Below, one piece after another: positions 30,042 through 39,977 of a DNA stretch of 64,000 bases. A model generated the notes under the pieces. It was not told where the DNA came from. It did no database searches and worked only from the letters and a program-made list of their open reading frames with translations. The first letter of the stretch is position 1. The number at the start of each line of letters is the position of its first letter. The stretch spans positions 384,001 to 448,000 of the forward strand of contig CAXXMD010000002.1 in assembly GCA_963675755.2 (NCBI GenBank), written 5' to 3'. This DNA comes from a bacterium (GTDB taxonomy: Bacteria > Zhuqueibacterota > Zhuqueibacteria > Residuimicrobiales > Krinioviventaceae). The translations under genes were made by a program, and so were the position numbers.

Positions 30042-30967
30042 ATCTGGAATTGATTTTCTTTTTGTTGATTTTCCCCGGCTTTTTATTTACCAGTATTCTG
30101 GGTATGACAGTCGGTTGGGTTGATCGCAAAGTCTCTGCTCGTTTTCAATATCGTGTAGGGCCACCGTTTTTACAAAACTTTAATGATTTTTTCAAATTGC
30201 TGGGCAAGGAAACCATTATTGTTAAAGACAGTGTGCATTCTCTTTTCATTTCAGCACCGTTTATTGCTTTTGCAGTTTTGGTGTTATTGTCAACCATGAT
30301 TGGAGTTGTTTTATTTTTTGGTCAGGGCTTTGGTGGTGATTTATTTGTTGTCATGTATCTCTTGATGGTATTTTCTGTAATGGTCGTATTAGGAGGTTCT
30401 GCAACCGGTAACGTCTATTCAAGTATTGGTGCAGGCAGAGAGATAAAATTGTTACTTGCCGATGAACTTGTTTTCATCCTGATCTGTTTGGTACCTGTTA
30501 TTAAATCCGGTTATCAACTTGATCTCCTGGGAATACTTACCGCCCAAGCACAAAGTGGAGTTTTTATCAATTCATTTTCCGGTGCAATTGCCTTTGTATT
30601 GGGTCTATTATGCATACAAGCCAAAATGACTCTGCCGCCATTTCATATACCCGAAGCTGAAACTGAAATAGTTGAAGGACCCTTTATGGAATACAGCGGC
30701 CCACCACTTGCTTTCTGGAAATTGAACCATTTTCTCATGTGGGTGATTTTACCATTTTTACTCATTCTGTTGTTTATGGGTGGTTTTCATCTGCAAGGAT
30801 TGGGTATTCTTTGGGCTGTCCTTAAATATCTCCTGATAGTAGTATTGATGATTATCATTAAAAATACAAATCCCCGTATCAAAATAGACACAGCATTAAA
30901 TTTTTTCTGGAAATATGCTACACCCTTGGGACTCGTTGCAATCATTTTAGCCGTGTTAGGAGTGTAA
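30038..30967 (+). CDS. NuoH/MbhM-like membrane subunit
   Basis: DRKVSARFQYRVGPP, DFFKLLGKE, PFHIPEAETEIVEGPFMEYSG, PR. Confidence 0.92.
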   Translation: MNLELIFFLLIFPGFLFTSILGMTVGWVDRKVSARFQYRVGPPFLQNFNDFFKLLGKETIIVKDSVHSLFISAPFIAFAVLVLLSTMIGVVLFFGQGFGGDLFVVMYLLMVFSVMVVLGGSATGNVYSSIGAGREIKLLLADELVFILICLVPVIKSGYQLDLLGILTAQAQSGVFINSFSGAIAFVLGLLCIQAKMTLPPFHIPEAETEIVEGPFMEYSGPPLAFWKLNHFLMWVILPFLLILLFMGGFHLQGLGILWAVLKYLLIVVLMIIIKNTNPRIKIDTALNFFWKYATPLGLVAIILAVLGV

Positions 30968-30969
30968 AT

Positions 30970-31389
30970 ATGGGATGGTATAATAAACGTCTTGCCAAAT
31001 CGATCTGGGTGTTCCATGTGAGCGCATCACCCTGTAATAATTGTGATATAGAAGTATTGGATCTGTTAACACCCAAATATGATCTTGAAAGATTGGGAAT
31101 CAAGCTGGTTGGCTCTGTAAGGCATGCAGATGTTTTGTTGTTGAGTGGTATTATCAATCAAAAAGTTGCGCCACGGGTAAAGCAACTCTATGATCAGGCC
31201 CCCAAACCCGTGTTTGTTGTAGGGGTAGGTACTTGTCCATCCGGAGGGAGTTGTTTTAATAACAGCTATAATAAAGTCATGTCGCGTGAAGATGTAATTC
31301 CTATTGATCTCTATATCCCCGGATGTCCTCCCAAACCGGAGGCTATGATTGAAGGTGTTGCAAAGCTTTTGGAGGTGCTGAATGCCTGA
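30970..31389 (+). CDS. Group 4 [NiFe]-hydrogenase small subunit (NuoB/MbhJ-like)
   Basis: SPCNNCDIE, RHADVLL, GTCPSGG, IPGCPPKPE. Confidence 0.92.
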   Translation: MGWYNKRLAKSIWVFHVSASPCNNCDIEVLDLLTPKYDLERLGIKLVGSVRHADVLLLSGIINQKVAPRVKQLYDQAPKPVFVVGVGTCPSGGSCFNNSYNKVMSREDVIPIDLYIPGCPPKPEAMIEGVAKLLEVLNA

Positions 31390-31813
31390 TGTGAAATCTT
31401 TTATCGACAAAATGGGTGATCGAATAACCAATACGGTTGAAAAACCGTTGCGACTTTATTTTGAGGTTCCTGCTGAACATGTAAAAGAAGTAACCGGTTA
31501 TCTGTTTAATGAACTGGGGTGCAGGTTATCAACAGCAACTGCTACCGAAGTCTATCGGGGTATTGAAGTTTTATACCATTTTTCTGATGATAACAGCGGT
31601 CAGTATTATTGTCCCCGCATCGTTATGACAGATAAAGAGAATCCAACAATGCCATCCATTACACCCATTGTTCAAGGGGCTGAATGGATTGAAAGAGAAA
31701 TGAACGAGTTTTGGGGCGTAACCTTTACTGATCATCCCAAGCCCGAACGCCTTTTGTCAAAAGATCATCCCGAAAATCTGGATAAACCCTTACGCTTCAG
31801 GAGGCTGTCATGA
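31382..31813 (+). CDS. NuoC/MbhK-like subunit
   Basis: EVLYHF, PSITP..GAEWIEREMNEFWGVTFTDHP. Confidence 0.88.
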   Translation: MPDVKSFIDKMGDRITNTVEKPLRLYFEVPAEHVKEVTGYLFNELGCRLSTATATEVYRGIEVLYHFSDDNSGQYYCPRIVMTDKENPTMPSITPIVQGAEWIEREMNEFWGVTFTDHPKPERLLSKDHPENLDKPLRFRRLS

Positions 31814-33009
31814 ATGTTAATGGAACCACCAATACTGTTCCTGTAGGGCCTTTTCATCCGCTTTTGGAAGAAGCTGAATATTTTAACATCGTTGTTGATG
31901 GTGAAACCATTGTAGATATTGATATTGATATTGGTTGGATGCACAGAGGCCATGAGTATCTTTCTGAACAACGTACTTTTACCCAGTCTATATATCTGGT
32001 AGAACGTATCTGTGGAATTTGTTCAACCTCACATCCGCTTGCATGTGTGCATGCTATAGAAGATATAGACAATATTGAAATCCCGTTGAGGGCCCGTTAC
32101 ATTCGCACCCTTGTTGGAGAATTGGAACGTATACACAGTCATTTGTTGTGGCTGGGGCTGGCCGGTCATTTTATTGGTTATGATACATTGTGGATGTGGT
32201 CATGGAAGTACCGTGAACCGATTTTGCAAATGTTTGAGATTATCTCCGGTAACCGCAACCATTATGGCATGATGCGGGTAGGAGGTGTTGCTCAGGATGT
32301 GGATCCGGATAAAATACCAATCTTGATTGATCATATGGATGAAATTGCCCAAAAGATGGACATGATTGCCAAGGCAGCCAATGATGATCCGGTTTTAAAA
32401 TCCCGTCTTGTTGGAGTTGGTGTGCTTACCCATGAAGATGCGGTCAATTATTGTGCTGTAGGACCTACATCACGCGCATCGGGTGTACCTGCGGATGTTC
32501 GTAAATCTGAGGATACTGACGCTTATTCTTTGATTGATTGGAATGTCATCGTCCTTGATCATGGTGATGTTTATGACAAGCTGGTAGTGCGTGTATTGGA
32601 AACCGTTGAATCGATCAAAATCTGCAAGGTCTGTCTGGAAAAGCTCAAAACCGTACAAGGCCCGATTTTAAATAACGTTAAAGAAATTTCACCGGGAGAG
32701 GGTATTGGCCGATATGAAGCTCCCCGTGGTGAAGTTTTTCATTATATCCGTTCAGATGGCACTAACAGGCCTATTCGCCACAAGGTACGTGCCCCGAGTT
32801 TTGTAAATATACCAACCTTTGCTGCAACATGCAAGGGCGCTTCATTGGCAGATGCATTGATTACCACTGCATCTGTTGATCCGTGTTATTGTTGTACAGA
32901 ACGATCCTTACGTGTCAAAGATACAGGTTCAAATGTTCTGGATGTGGATTTACTGGAACTTTCCCGAATAAAGACCAAAGTAATCAGGAGGGAGATCCAT
33001 GGAGTTTAA
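31810..33009 (+). CDS. Group 4 [NiFe]-hydrogenase large subunit
   Basis: GPFHP, HRGHE, L1 ERICGICSTSH, ELERIHSH, EAPRGE, L2 DPCYCCTER plus a C-terminal extension. Confidence 0.93.
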   Translation: MNVNGTTNTVPVGPFHPLLEEAEYFNIVVDGETIVDIDIDIGWMHRGHEYLSEQRTFTQSIYLVERICGICSTSHPLACVHAIEDIDNIEIPLRARYIRTLVGELERIHSHLLWLGLAGHFIGYDTLWMWSWKYREPILQMFEIISGNRNHYGMMRVGGVAQDVDPDKIPILIDHMDEIAQKMDMIAKAANDDPVLKSRLVGVGVLTHEDAVNYCAVGPTSRASGVPADVRKSEDTDAYSLIDWNVIVLDHGDVYDKLVVRVLETVESIKICKVCLEKLKTVQGPILNNVKEISPGEGIGRYEAPRGEVFHYIRSDGTNRPIRHKVRAPSFVNIPTFAATCKGASLADALITTASVDPCYCCTERSLRVKDTGSNVLDVDLLELSRIKTKVIRREIHGV

Positions 33010-34810
33010 TACGCTGGTTTTACTTGTTACCGTCCCTCTGGGGATTGCTGTAATGAATCTGGTTTTGCCCACAATACTACAAAAACTGTTAATGGCTGCG
33101 GGTACATTGAGTTTAATGTGGTTTTCATTTTTGCTCTATAAAAACGGCAATATGGTTTGGAGCATGAATGATCAGGTGTTTTTGCAAACCACACCATTAT
33201 CTATCTTGTGTATTGTATTTGTTCAAATCATTTCATTCATCATTCTACTCTTTGCAATAAAAGGAATGAATCCTGATCTGGAACGAAGATTTTTCATTTT
33301 GTTTCCATTAACTGTTGCACTCTCTAATGGTGCGCTGGCGAGTGAACATAGCATCTTTTTCCTCACTTTCTGGGGATTTTCAGGTGTACTGCTGTATCTA
33401 TTTGGTGTCATGTCCGGAAATGGTGATGCATCTCAATCCGCTAAAAAGACGTTTATGATTATTGGTGGTAGCGATGCTTTTTTAATTATGGGCTTTGCCA
33501 TTTTATGGACACTTCAGCCCGGTTCCAACTGGTCTTTGACAGCATTGAATGTACCCCTGGATAGTGGCATGTCATGGATGGCATTGATTTTTTTACTTTT
33601 GGCTGCCTTTGCCAAAGCCGGTTGTTTTCCATTCCATACCTGGGTACCGGATTACAGTCGGGATACGCATGTAGAAGCAGTAGTTTTGTTACCCGCATCT
33701 ATTGATAAACTTTTGGGTATTTACCTGTTGGCCATGATTGTAACTGTATTTTTTCAGGCCACTTTGTTACTGCACATGATACTGATCACCGTTGGAGCGG
33801 TTTCCATAATTACTGCGGTTATGATGGCGTTAACACAGCATGACGGTCGCAGGTTACTGGGCTACCATGCCGTCAGTCAGGTTGGATATATGGTTCTGGG
33901 AGTTGGTAGCGGCAGCTTGATTGCTTTTGCAGGTGGATTGTTTCACATGATCAATAATGTGTTATACAAAAGCGGATTGTTTCTTTCTATGGGAGCTGTT
34001 GAAAAAAAGACCGGTACACATGATCTTGATAAACTCGGTGGTCTGGCTCGTAGTATGCCTTTGACATTTATAATGGCTCTAGTAGCAGCATTATCTATTT
34101 CAGGAATTCCACCTTTTAATGGCTTTTTCTCTAAATGGATGATCTATCAGGGACTGGTTGAAATGGCCGGATCCATGGCACCGGGCTACCAGCTTTGGTT
34201 ATTGTTATGTTTAATTCTGGCAGTCTTTGGTAGTGCGTTAACCCTTGCCAGTTTTCTGAAATTTATCCATGCTGTCTTTCTGGGCAAGCGCCCTGAAAAA
34301 TACAATGCTGTTGATGAAGCACCCATCAATCAATGGCTTTCAACTGGTGTTCTGGCATTGTTATGTTTGGTTTTCGGATTATTTGCTATTCAAATCCCTC
34401 TAAAACTTTTTGTACTGCCTGTTGCGGGTGTTTCAATAGAATCTTTGCCAATTATTGGATTATATCAGCCGGTTGTAATATCTATACTATTTTTAATAAT
34501 GCTAATCTTTGGTTTACTGATATATCGTGTTGCCCGTACTGTTCGGTATGATCAAAATTATATTGGTGGAATGCCTGCTCATGAAAAATACCGCGTTTCC
34601 GGAACCGGATTTTATAACGAAATACGACGAATGTCTCCGCTAAAAGCATTATATGATGCTGCCGAGAAAAAAATATTTGATATTTACAATCAGGGAGCCG
34701 GCATAACCAATAGTTTTGCGGGCTTGTTCCAAAAAGCCCATCCGGGGCAGTTACAGTTGTACCTGTTGTATATGATAGTCGGTTTGTTGATTTTTATTTT
34801 CCTTATTTAA
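32999..34810 (+). CDS. Antiporter-like subunit (NuoL/HyfB/MrpA-D family)
   Basis: Multi-TM; AKAGCFPFHTWVP, RLLGYHAVSQVGY, GIPPFNGFFSKWMI. Confidence 0.9.
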   Translation: MEFNTLVLLVTVPLGIAVMNLVLPTILQKLLMAAGTLSLMWFSFLLYKNGNMVWSMNDQVFLQTTPLSILCIVFVQIISFIILLFAIKGMNPDLERRFFILFPLTVALSNGALASEHSIFFLTFWGFSGVLLYLFGVMSGNGDASQSAKKTFMIIGGSDAFLIMGFAILWTLQPGSNWSLTALNVPLDSGMSWMALIFLLLAAFAKAGCFPFHTWVPDYSRDTHVEAVVLLPASIDKLLGIYLLAMIVTVFFQATLLLHMILITVGAVSIITAVMMALTQHDGRRLLGYHAVSQVGYMVLGVGSGSLIAFAGGLFHMINNVLYKSGLFLSMGAVEKKTGTHDLDKLGGLARSMPLTFIMALVAALSISGIPPFNGFFSKWMIYQGLVEMAGSMAPGYQLWLLLCLILAVFGSALTLASFLKFIHAVFLGKRPEKYNAVDEAPINQWLSTGVLALLCLVFGLFAIQIPLKLFVLPVAGVSIESLPIIGLYQPVVISILFLIMLIFGLLIYRVARTVRYDQNYIGGMPAHEKYRVSGTGFYNEIRRMSPLKALYDAAEKKIFDIYNQGAGITNSFAGLFQKAHPGQLQLYLLYMIVGLLIFIFLI

Positions 34811-34834
34811 TCATACAGGAGCATGGAGGATACT

Positions 34835-35386
34835 ATGCCTGTTGAAACATGGTTGACATTTACATTGGGATTTATGGTTATTGGATCCATTGTAGCATTG
34901 GAAATTAAAGATATTCTTTCTTCAATTATTGCCATTGGTATTGTGGGGCTGGCTGTATCGGTTTCATTCCTGTTTTTGCAGGCCCCGGATCTTGCAATTG
35001 TTCAATTTTTATTCGAAATATTTGCGTTAATTATTCTGGTTCAGGCTTTTGTGTCCAAAGAAAACCACTTGATGGAGCCCGCAAAAGCAGGGAAAATGAT
35101 TACTGCAATATCAATCCTTGTATTAATTGCTATTTTTGTGGGCAGTATCCAGTTCTTTCGTTTAATGCCCGTTTTTGGGGATCCGATTTTAGGAACAGCG
35201 GCTCACTATTTGGAAAATGGAGCCGTTGAGACGGGTGCCGCGAACCTGGTGAGTTCCATTATATTGGATTATCGTGCTTATGATACGCTGGGTGAGATTA
35301 CCGTTTTGTTTACTGCCATTTTGGGAACGATAACCATATTGCGAATCAGAACAAATTCAAAACAGACAGGAGGGACCGAGTCATGA
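34835..35386 (+). CDS. DUF4040 + MbhE/MnhB-like subunit (MbhD/E fusion)
   Basis: LQAPDLAIVQ; NLVSSIILDYRAYDTLGE. Start ATG 34835 after GGAGG (34823 also possible). Confidence 0.85.
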   Translation: MPVETWLTFTLGFMVIGSIVALEIKDILSSIIAIGIVGLAVSVSFLFLQAPDLAIVQFLFEIFALIILVQAFVSKENHLMEPAKAGKMITAISILVLIAIFVGSIQFFRLMPVFGDPILGTAAHYLENGAVETGAANLVSSIILDYRAYDTLGEITVLFTAILGTITILRIRTNSKQTGGTES

Positions 35387-35832
35387 ACGATAAGCAAGGT
35401 ATGACATTGATTGTTAAAACGGTATCACGGCTCTCTGTTTGGTTAATTCTGCTGTATGGTATGTACATCATTTTGCATGGACATCTAACTCCGGGTGGAG
35501 GCTTTGGTGGAGGCGTAATCATTGCTTTGGCATTTTTAAATATACTGCTTGCCTATGGTAAAAACTTTACTCAATCCTGGATCAATATTCATGCATTTGA
35601 ACGATTTGAAAGTTTTACCGCAATATTGTTCCTGATTGTTGGCATTATAGGCATTGCAACAGGTGTTTCGTTTCTGTTTAATTTTCTTCAACATGGTACT
35701 CTGTTTCATTTGCTAAGTGCCGGAACGATTCCGGTTTTGAATATTATTATTGGCATCAAAGTGTCATTGTCACTGTTTCTTGTGATTTGGGTTTTGGCCG
35801 GAATTAAAATAGCCAAAGGAGACAACGCATGA
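35383..35832 (+). CDS. mnhB: Mrp/Mnh subunit B-like (MbhF)
   Basis: HGHLTPGGGFGGG. Confidence 0.88.
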   Translation: MNDKQGMTLIVKTVSRLSVWLILLYGMYIILHGHLTPGGGFGGGVIIALAFLNILLAYGKNFTQSWINIHAFERFESFTAILFLIVGIIGIATGVSFLFNFLQHGTLFHLLSAGTIPVLNIIIGIKVSLSLFLVIWVLAGIKIAKGDNA

Positions 35833-36167
35833 TCATCTATTATTTGTGTTTTGCGCTCTTTCTTGTGGGAGTGTATGGAGTATTGACAAAACGAGATTTA
35901 ATTAAAATCATTCTCTCGGTTGCAATTATGGGTTATGCAGCGAATATGTTTTTAATCCTGTTTGCTTATAAGAAGGATGCCATTTATCCCATTCTCACAA
36001 GCACTGAAAATATTAAAGCCATGGTAGATCCTTTACCACAGGCGCTAGTTTTAACATCTATTGTCATTGAATTGGGAACAACTGCATTACTGGTTGCGCT
36101 TGCTGTTAAATTGTTTGAAAAATATAAAACCTTTGATATCACCAAAATAAGGAGATTGCACGGATGA
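35829..36167 (+). CDS. mnhC: Mrp/Mnh subunit C-like (MbhG)
   Basis: DPLPQALVLTSIVI. Confidence 0.9.
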   Translation: MIIYYLCFALFLVGVYGVLTKRDLIKIILSVAIMGYAANMFLILFAYKKDAIYPILTSTENIKAMVDPLPQALVLTSIVIELGTTALLVALAVKLFEKYKTFDITKIRRLHG

Positions 36168-37639
36168 TTCTTCCGACTTTTATTATCATCCCCCTGGCGG
36201 CTGCCTTTCTTATTACCCTTATTGCAGGTAAAAAAGATATCTGGGGAATTGCCATTGCACTGGTTGCTACTCTTGCGTTACTGATATTGTCCGTTTCCGA
36301 GTTTATCACATTAGATGGTGAGACACAGACATATGAAATGGGAGGGTGGATTGTTCCAATCGGTATTGTATTGGTCAAAGATGCATTAACCTGTTTCATG
36401 CTTATTATCACTAGCTTGATATCCTTTACATCCCTATTGTATTCAATACAATATATCCGACATCTTTCAATGGATTGGAAATACTATGCATTGTTTATGC
36501 TGCTGCTTGCAGGAATGAATGGTGTTACAATTACCGGTGATTTGTTTAATCTCTTTGTCTTTATGGAAGTAGCCTTGCTTGCCGCTTTTTCACTTGTTGC
36601 TTATGGAGGCAGAGCGGAAGAGTTTGAAGCATCGTTCAAATACGCAGTTATGGGGGCAGTTTCTTCCAGTATTGTACTGATAGGAATAGCCGTTACCTAT
36701 AGCACTACATCCACATTGACTTTGGCTGGTATTGCCAAAGCGTTGCATGCCGCTGACCCTGCTCTTGCGTTATGGATTGGTGCCATCTTTCTTGCCGGAT
36801 TTGGGCTCAAAGCTGCAGCCATGCCGTTTCATGCCTGGTTGCCCGATGCACATTCGTCAGCTCCCGCGCCAATCTCATCCATGTTATCCGGAGTGTTGAT
36901 TAAAGTTTTAGGAATCTATGTACTGGTCCGGATATTTTTCCATGTATTGGGAGCACCTCAAATATTTATGACCTTGTTCCTGGTCATTGGTGGTATATCT
37001 GTAGTGATCAGTGGATTACTTTCTGTCGGTCAATGGGACATTAAACGATTGTTAGCTTATAGCAGTATCAGCCAGATTGGTTATATATTGCTGGGATTAG
37101 GTTTAGCAACTCCTTTGGGCATATTGGGTGCGGTTTTCCATATATTTAACCACGCTGTATTCAAAGCATTATTGTTTTATAATGCGGGCAGTGTAGAGAT
37201 GATAACAGGAACCCGTGATCTCCACAAGATGGGAAACCTGGGCAAGCTGATGCCTGTAACCTCGGCTACTTCATTAATTGCATCACTAGCGATTTCGGGA
37301 ATTCCTCCTTTTAATGGATTTTTCAGCAAATTGTTAATCATCATTGCCCTTGTACAGGCAGGACATCCGATATATGCTGTTATTGCTATAGCGGGCAGTT
37401 TGTTGACTCTTGCCGCATTAATGAAAGTACAAAGGCACGGCTTTCATGGAGATGCCGAACTGGTAGAACCTAAAGGTAAAATTGGCTGGAACATGAATTT
37501 TGCCATGATTGTGCTTGCAGTAATCTGTGTCGTTTCAAGTTTATTATTATTACCCGGAATTAAAGAGGTAACCCTTGATCCCGTTGTGACAGTTATTGTT
37601 GAAAATGCAAAATATACCCAGTTTGTAATGGGGAGGTAG
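36164..37639 (+). CDS. mnhD: Mrp/Mnh subunit D-like (MbhH)
   Basis: GGW..PIGI, GDLFNLFVFME, PFHAWLPDAH, KRLLAYSSISQIGY. Confidence 0.9.
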   Translation: MILPTFIIIPLAAAFLITLIAGKKDIWGIAIALVATLALLILSVSEFITLDGETQTYEMGGWIVPIGIVLVKDALTCFMLIITSLISFTSLLYSIQYIRHLSMDWKYYALFMLLLAGMNGVTITGDLFNLFVFMEVALLAAFSLVAYGGRAEEFEASFKYAVMGAVSSSIVLIGIAVTYSTTSTLTLAGIAKALHAADPALALWIGAIFLAGFGLKAAAMPFHAWLPDAHSSAPAPISSMLSGVLIKVLGIYVLVRIFFHVLGAPQIFMTLFLVIGGISVVISGLLSVGQWDIKRLLAYSSISQIGYILLGLGLATPLGILGAVFHIFNHAVFKALLFYNAGSVEMITGTRDLHKMGNLGKLMPVTSATSLIASLAISGIPPFNGFFSKLLIIIALVQAGHPIYAVIAIAGSLLTLAALMKVQRHGFHGDAELVEPKGKIGWNMNFAMIVLAVICVVSSLLLLPGIKEVTLDPVVTVIVENAKYTQFVMGR

Positions 37640-37641
37640 GC

Positions 37642-38148
37642 ATGAGTTTAAAACTTAAAAGTAGAATCATTGTCTTTGTTTTATCTTTTCTGGTTTGGAT
37701 TGCGTTAACAAGTTATAAAGATGTTCAGGAGATTGTCGCAGGTGTTATTGTAGCATTCATTGTATCCTGGGCTGCCGGACATTTCTTTATCACTACAGAA
37801 AAACAGCATGGTACATTTAGGCGTATATTTGCAGCCATTCGATACATGTTTAAATTTTTCTTTGAAATGATACGGGCAAATTTGCATGTTGCCTATATTG
37901 TTGTGCACCCTAACTTGCCTATTAAACCGGGTATTGTGAAAATTAAATCTAATCTTACCAAAGATTCAGCATTGACTATACTGACAAATTCGATCACACT
38001 TACTCCCGGCACATTAACTATTGATATAAATCCGGATACCAAAGAGATATATATTCACTGGATCGATGTTTTATCCACTAAAATTGAAGAAAATACTCAA
38101 AACATAGGACAACGCTTTGAACCCTTGTTGACGGAGGTGTTTGAATGA
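37642..38148 (+). CDS. mnhE: Mrp/Mnh subunit E-like (MbhA)
   Basis: IKPGIV, NSITLTPGTLT, YIHWI. Confidence 0.92.
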   Translation: MSLKLKSRIIVFVLSFLVWIALTSYKDVQEIVAGVIVAFIVSWAAGHFFITTEKQHGTFRRIFAAIRYMFKFFFEMIRANLHVAYIVVHPNLPIKPGIVKIKSNLTKDSALTILTNSITLTPGTLTIDINPDTKEIYIHWIDVLSTKIEENTQNIGQRFEPLLTEVFE

Positions 38149-38483
38149 GAACCTTGAGATGGATTATTGGATTTATTCTGATAACAGCATTCTTTGTGTA
38201 TAATTTTGTATTTTATGATGGACTTTTATTATTCAAGTTGATAAATGTAAGCTTGTTTTGTGCGTTGTTTGTTCTTTACAGAGTAATAGTGGGGCCTACA
38301 CCGGCTGACCGAATTGTAGCTGTTGATATATTGGGTGTATTGATTGTGGGTATGCTTGCTATTATTGGTATGTATTATGATCAGAATTTTTTCCTGGATA
38401 TAGCTTTGATTTGGGCCTTATTGAGTTTTATCGCATCGCTGGCTTTTTCAAAAATCCTTGAAGGGAGGCAGTTGGATGATTAG
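38145..38483 (+). CDS. mnhF: Mrp/Mnh subunit F-like (MbhB)
   Basis: RVIVGPTPADRIVAVD, DIALIWALLSF. Confidence 0.9.
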   Translation: MRTLRWIIGFILITAFFVYNFVFYDGLLLFKLINVSLFCALFVLYRVIVGPTPADRIVAVDILGVLIVGMLAIIGMYYDQNFFLDIALIWALLSFIASLAFSKILEGRQLDD

Positions 38484-38814
38484 AGAAAATATTGGGATGG
38501 TATTTATTTTTATCGGCATTGCTTTCGATTTTTTTGGTGTCTTGGGACTCGTACGGTTGCCGGATGTTTATAATCGATTACAAGCCGCCACAAAATGCGT
38601 AACCTTTGGATCTGCAGGTATTTTGTTTGGCGTGTTTTTAATCTATGGATTTAACACTTTTGGATTCAAAGCCATTTTGGGAATTATTTTTATCTTTTTA
38701 ACATCACCGGTTGCTGCTCATGTTATTTCACGGGCAGCCCATCGCAGTGGTATTCCCTTAACACCTGAAACCGTTATTGACGAGTATCAAATTGATAATG
38801 AATTAAAAGATTAA
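38476..38814 (+). CDS. mnhG: Mrp/Mnh subunit G-like (MbhC)
   Basis: RLPDVYNRLQAATK, TSPVAAH. Start ATG 38476 after GGGAGG. Confidence 0.9.
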   Translation: MIRENIGMVFIFIGIAFDFFGVLGLVRLPDVYNRLQAATKCVTFGSAGILFGVFLIYGFNTFGFKAILGIIFIFLTSPVAAHVISRAAHRSGIPLTPETVIDEYQIDNELKD

Positions 38815-38843
38815 TTAAACATTAACCTCTTTTGGAGATGTTT

Positions 38844-39446
38844 ATGTTTTTACCTAAATTACGTGAAATCAAAGAAGCGCTGACATCCTTTTTCAGCGCA
38901 CCATATACAACAAAATTCCCGGCGGAACCATTTACTGCAGCAAAAGAGTACAGAGGACATCCCCGTTATAATGCAGAATTTTGTATTGGATGTGGAACAT
39001 GTTCGCAGGTTTGTCCTTCTGGGGCCATTTCTTTTGAGGATGATATTAAAAATGTCACTCGTACCTTGACAGTGGATTATAATGTCTGTATTAACTGTGG
39101 GCAATGCCAGGAGCATTGTATTACCGAACGCGGCATAATCCTAACCAATGAACACTCGTTGGCATATATGGACAAGACAGTTCCGGAATCTAAAGAGTCA
39201 CTGGAAAGAGAACTGGCAATCTGTGAAAGTTGCGGAAAAGTTGTTGCTTGTAAAAGTCATTTGGTGTGGATTAAAGAACGGCTAGGAGCCAAAGCTTATG
39301 CGCATCCCAACTTAATCCTGCAAACCCAGGAACAGTTTTTTAATGTTGAGCCCTATCATGTCAAAAGCCAGATCAGACGTGAAGACCAGTTTAAAATGGT
39401 TTGCGCAAAATGCCGTAATATGATTGTTGTGGCAGATGAATTTTGA
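38844..39446 (+). CDS. NuoI/MbhN-like 4Fe-4S subunit with extra C-terminal CxxC pairs
   Basis: PYTTKFP, CIGCGTCSQVCP, CINCGQCQEHC, CESCG, CAKCR. Confidence 0.88.
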   Translation: MFLPKLREIKEALTSFFSAPYTTKFPAEPFTAAKEYRGHPRYNAEFCIGCGTCSQVCPSGAISFEDDIKNVTRTLTVDYNVCINCGQCQEHCITERGIILTNEHSLAYMDKTVPESKESLERELAICESCGKVVACKSHLVWIKERLGAKAYAHPNLILQTQEQFFNVEPYHVKSQIRREDQFKMVCAKCRNMIVVADEF

Positions 39447-39909
39447 TGATTTAAAAACAGCATTATCACTTTATAATCCGTCAGATATTGTATTTCTTGC
39501 GTTGGGCAATACATTCAGAGGTGACGATGGAGTAGGAATTTTTTTTGCTCAACATTTGCAATCATCAATTGAATTTTCAAATGCCAATTTTATATATGCT
39601 TATACCACACCTGAAAATTATTTACAGCAAATTATTGATCTGAAACCTGGTATAATTGTTTGTATTGACTCGGCCCGGATGGGGAGCGGGCCGGGGGATA
39701 TTCAATGGTTGTCTCCTTCAATTCTGGATTCATTCAGAATCAGCACGCATGCATTTTCAATTTTAATGATAGAAGAGTATCTGAGAAACTATTGTGATTC
39801 CCGGTTCCTTTATATTGGCATAGAGCCTCAACAAACCCTGCCTGTTGAAAGCTTGTCTCCCGTTGTTGAACAACATTTAGATCTTTTTTTTGGAATTGTG
39901 CCTGTTTAA
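39436..39909 (+). CDS. hycI: Hydrogenase maturation protease (HycI-like)
   Basis: LGNTFRGDDGVG, TPEN, IDSA, STH, IGIEP. Confidence 0.85.
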   Translation: MNFDDLKTALSLYNPSDIVFLALGNTFRGDDGVGIFFAQHLQSSIEFSNANFIYAYTTPENYLQQIIDLKPGIIVCIDSARMGSGPGDIQWLSPSILDSFRISTHAFSILMIEEYLRNYCDSRFLYIGIEPQQTLPVESLSPVVEQHLDLFFGIVPV

Positions 39910-39919
39910 GATTTTTATG

Positions 39920-39948
39920 TTGAACTAGTATTGGGGATATAGTATATT
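39920..39948 (+). promoter_or_regulatory. Possible sigma70 promoter for the beta-lactamase gene
   Basis: TTGAAC-N17-TATATT. Confidence 0.4.
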
Positions 39949-39977
39949 TATTTTAATAATCATTCATAAAAATTTGT

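Noticed and set aside
31810-33009. Selenocysteine or recoding in the hydrogenase subunits
   Set aside because: All metal-ligand positions are Cys codons and the frames are uninterrupted.
30038-39446. Respiratory complex I, Mbx/Mbs or formate hydrogenlyase
   Set aside because: The large subunit keeps both Ni-binding CxxC motifs and a C-terminal extension, and a maturation protease is present; no NuoA/E/F/G or formate dehydrogenase gene in the operon.
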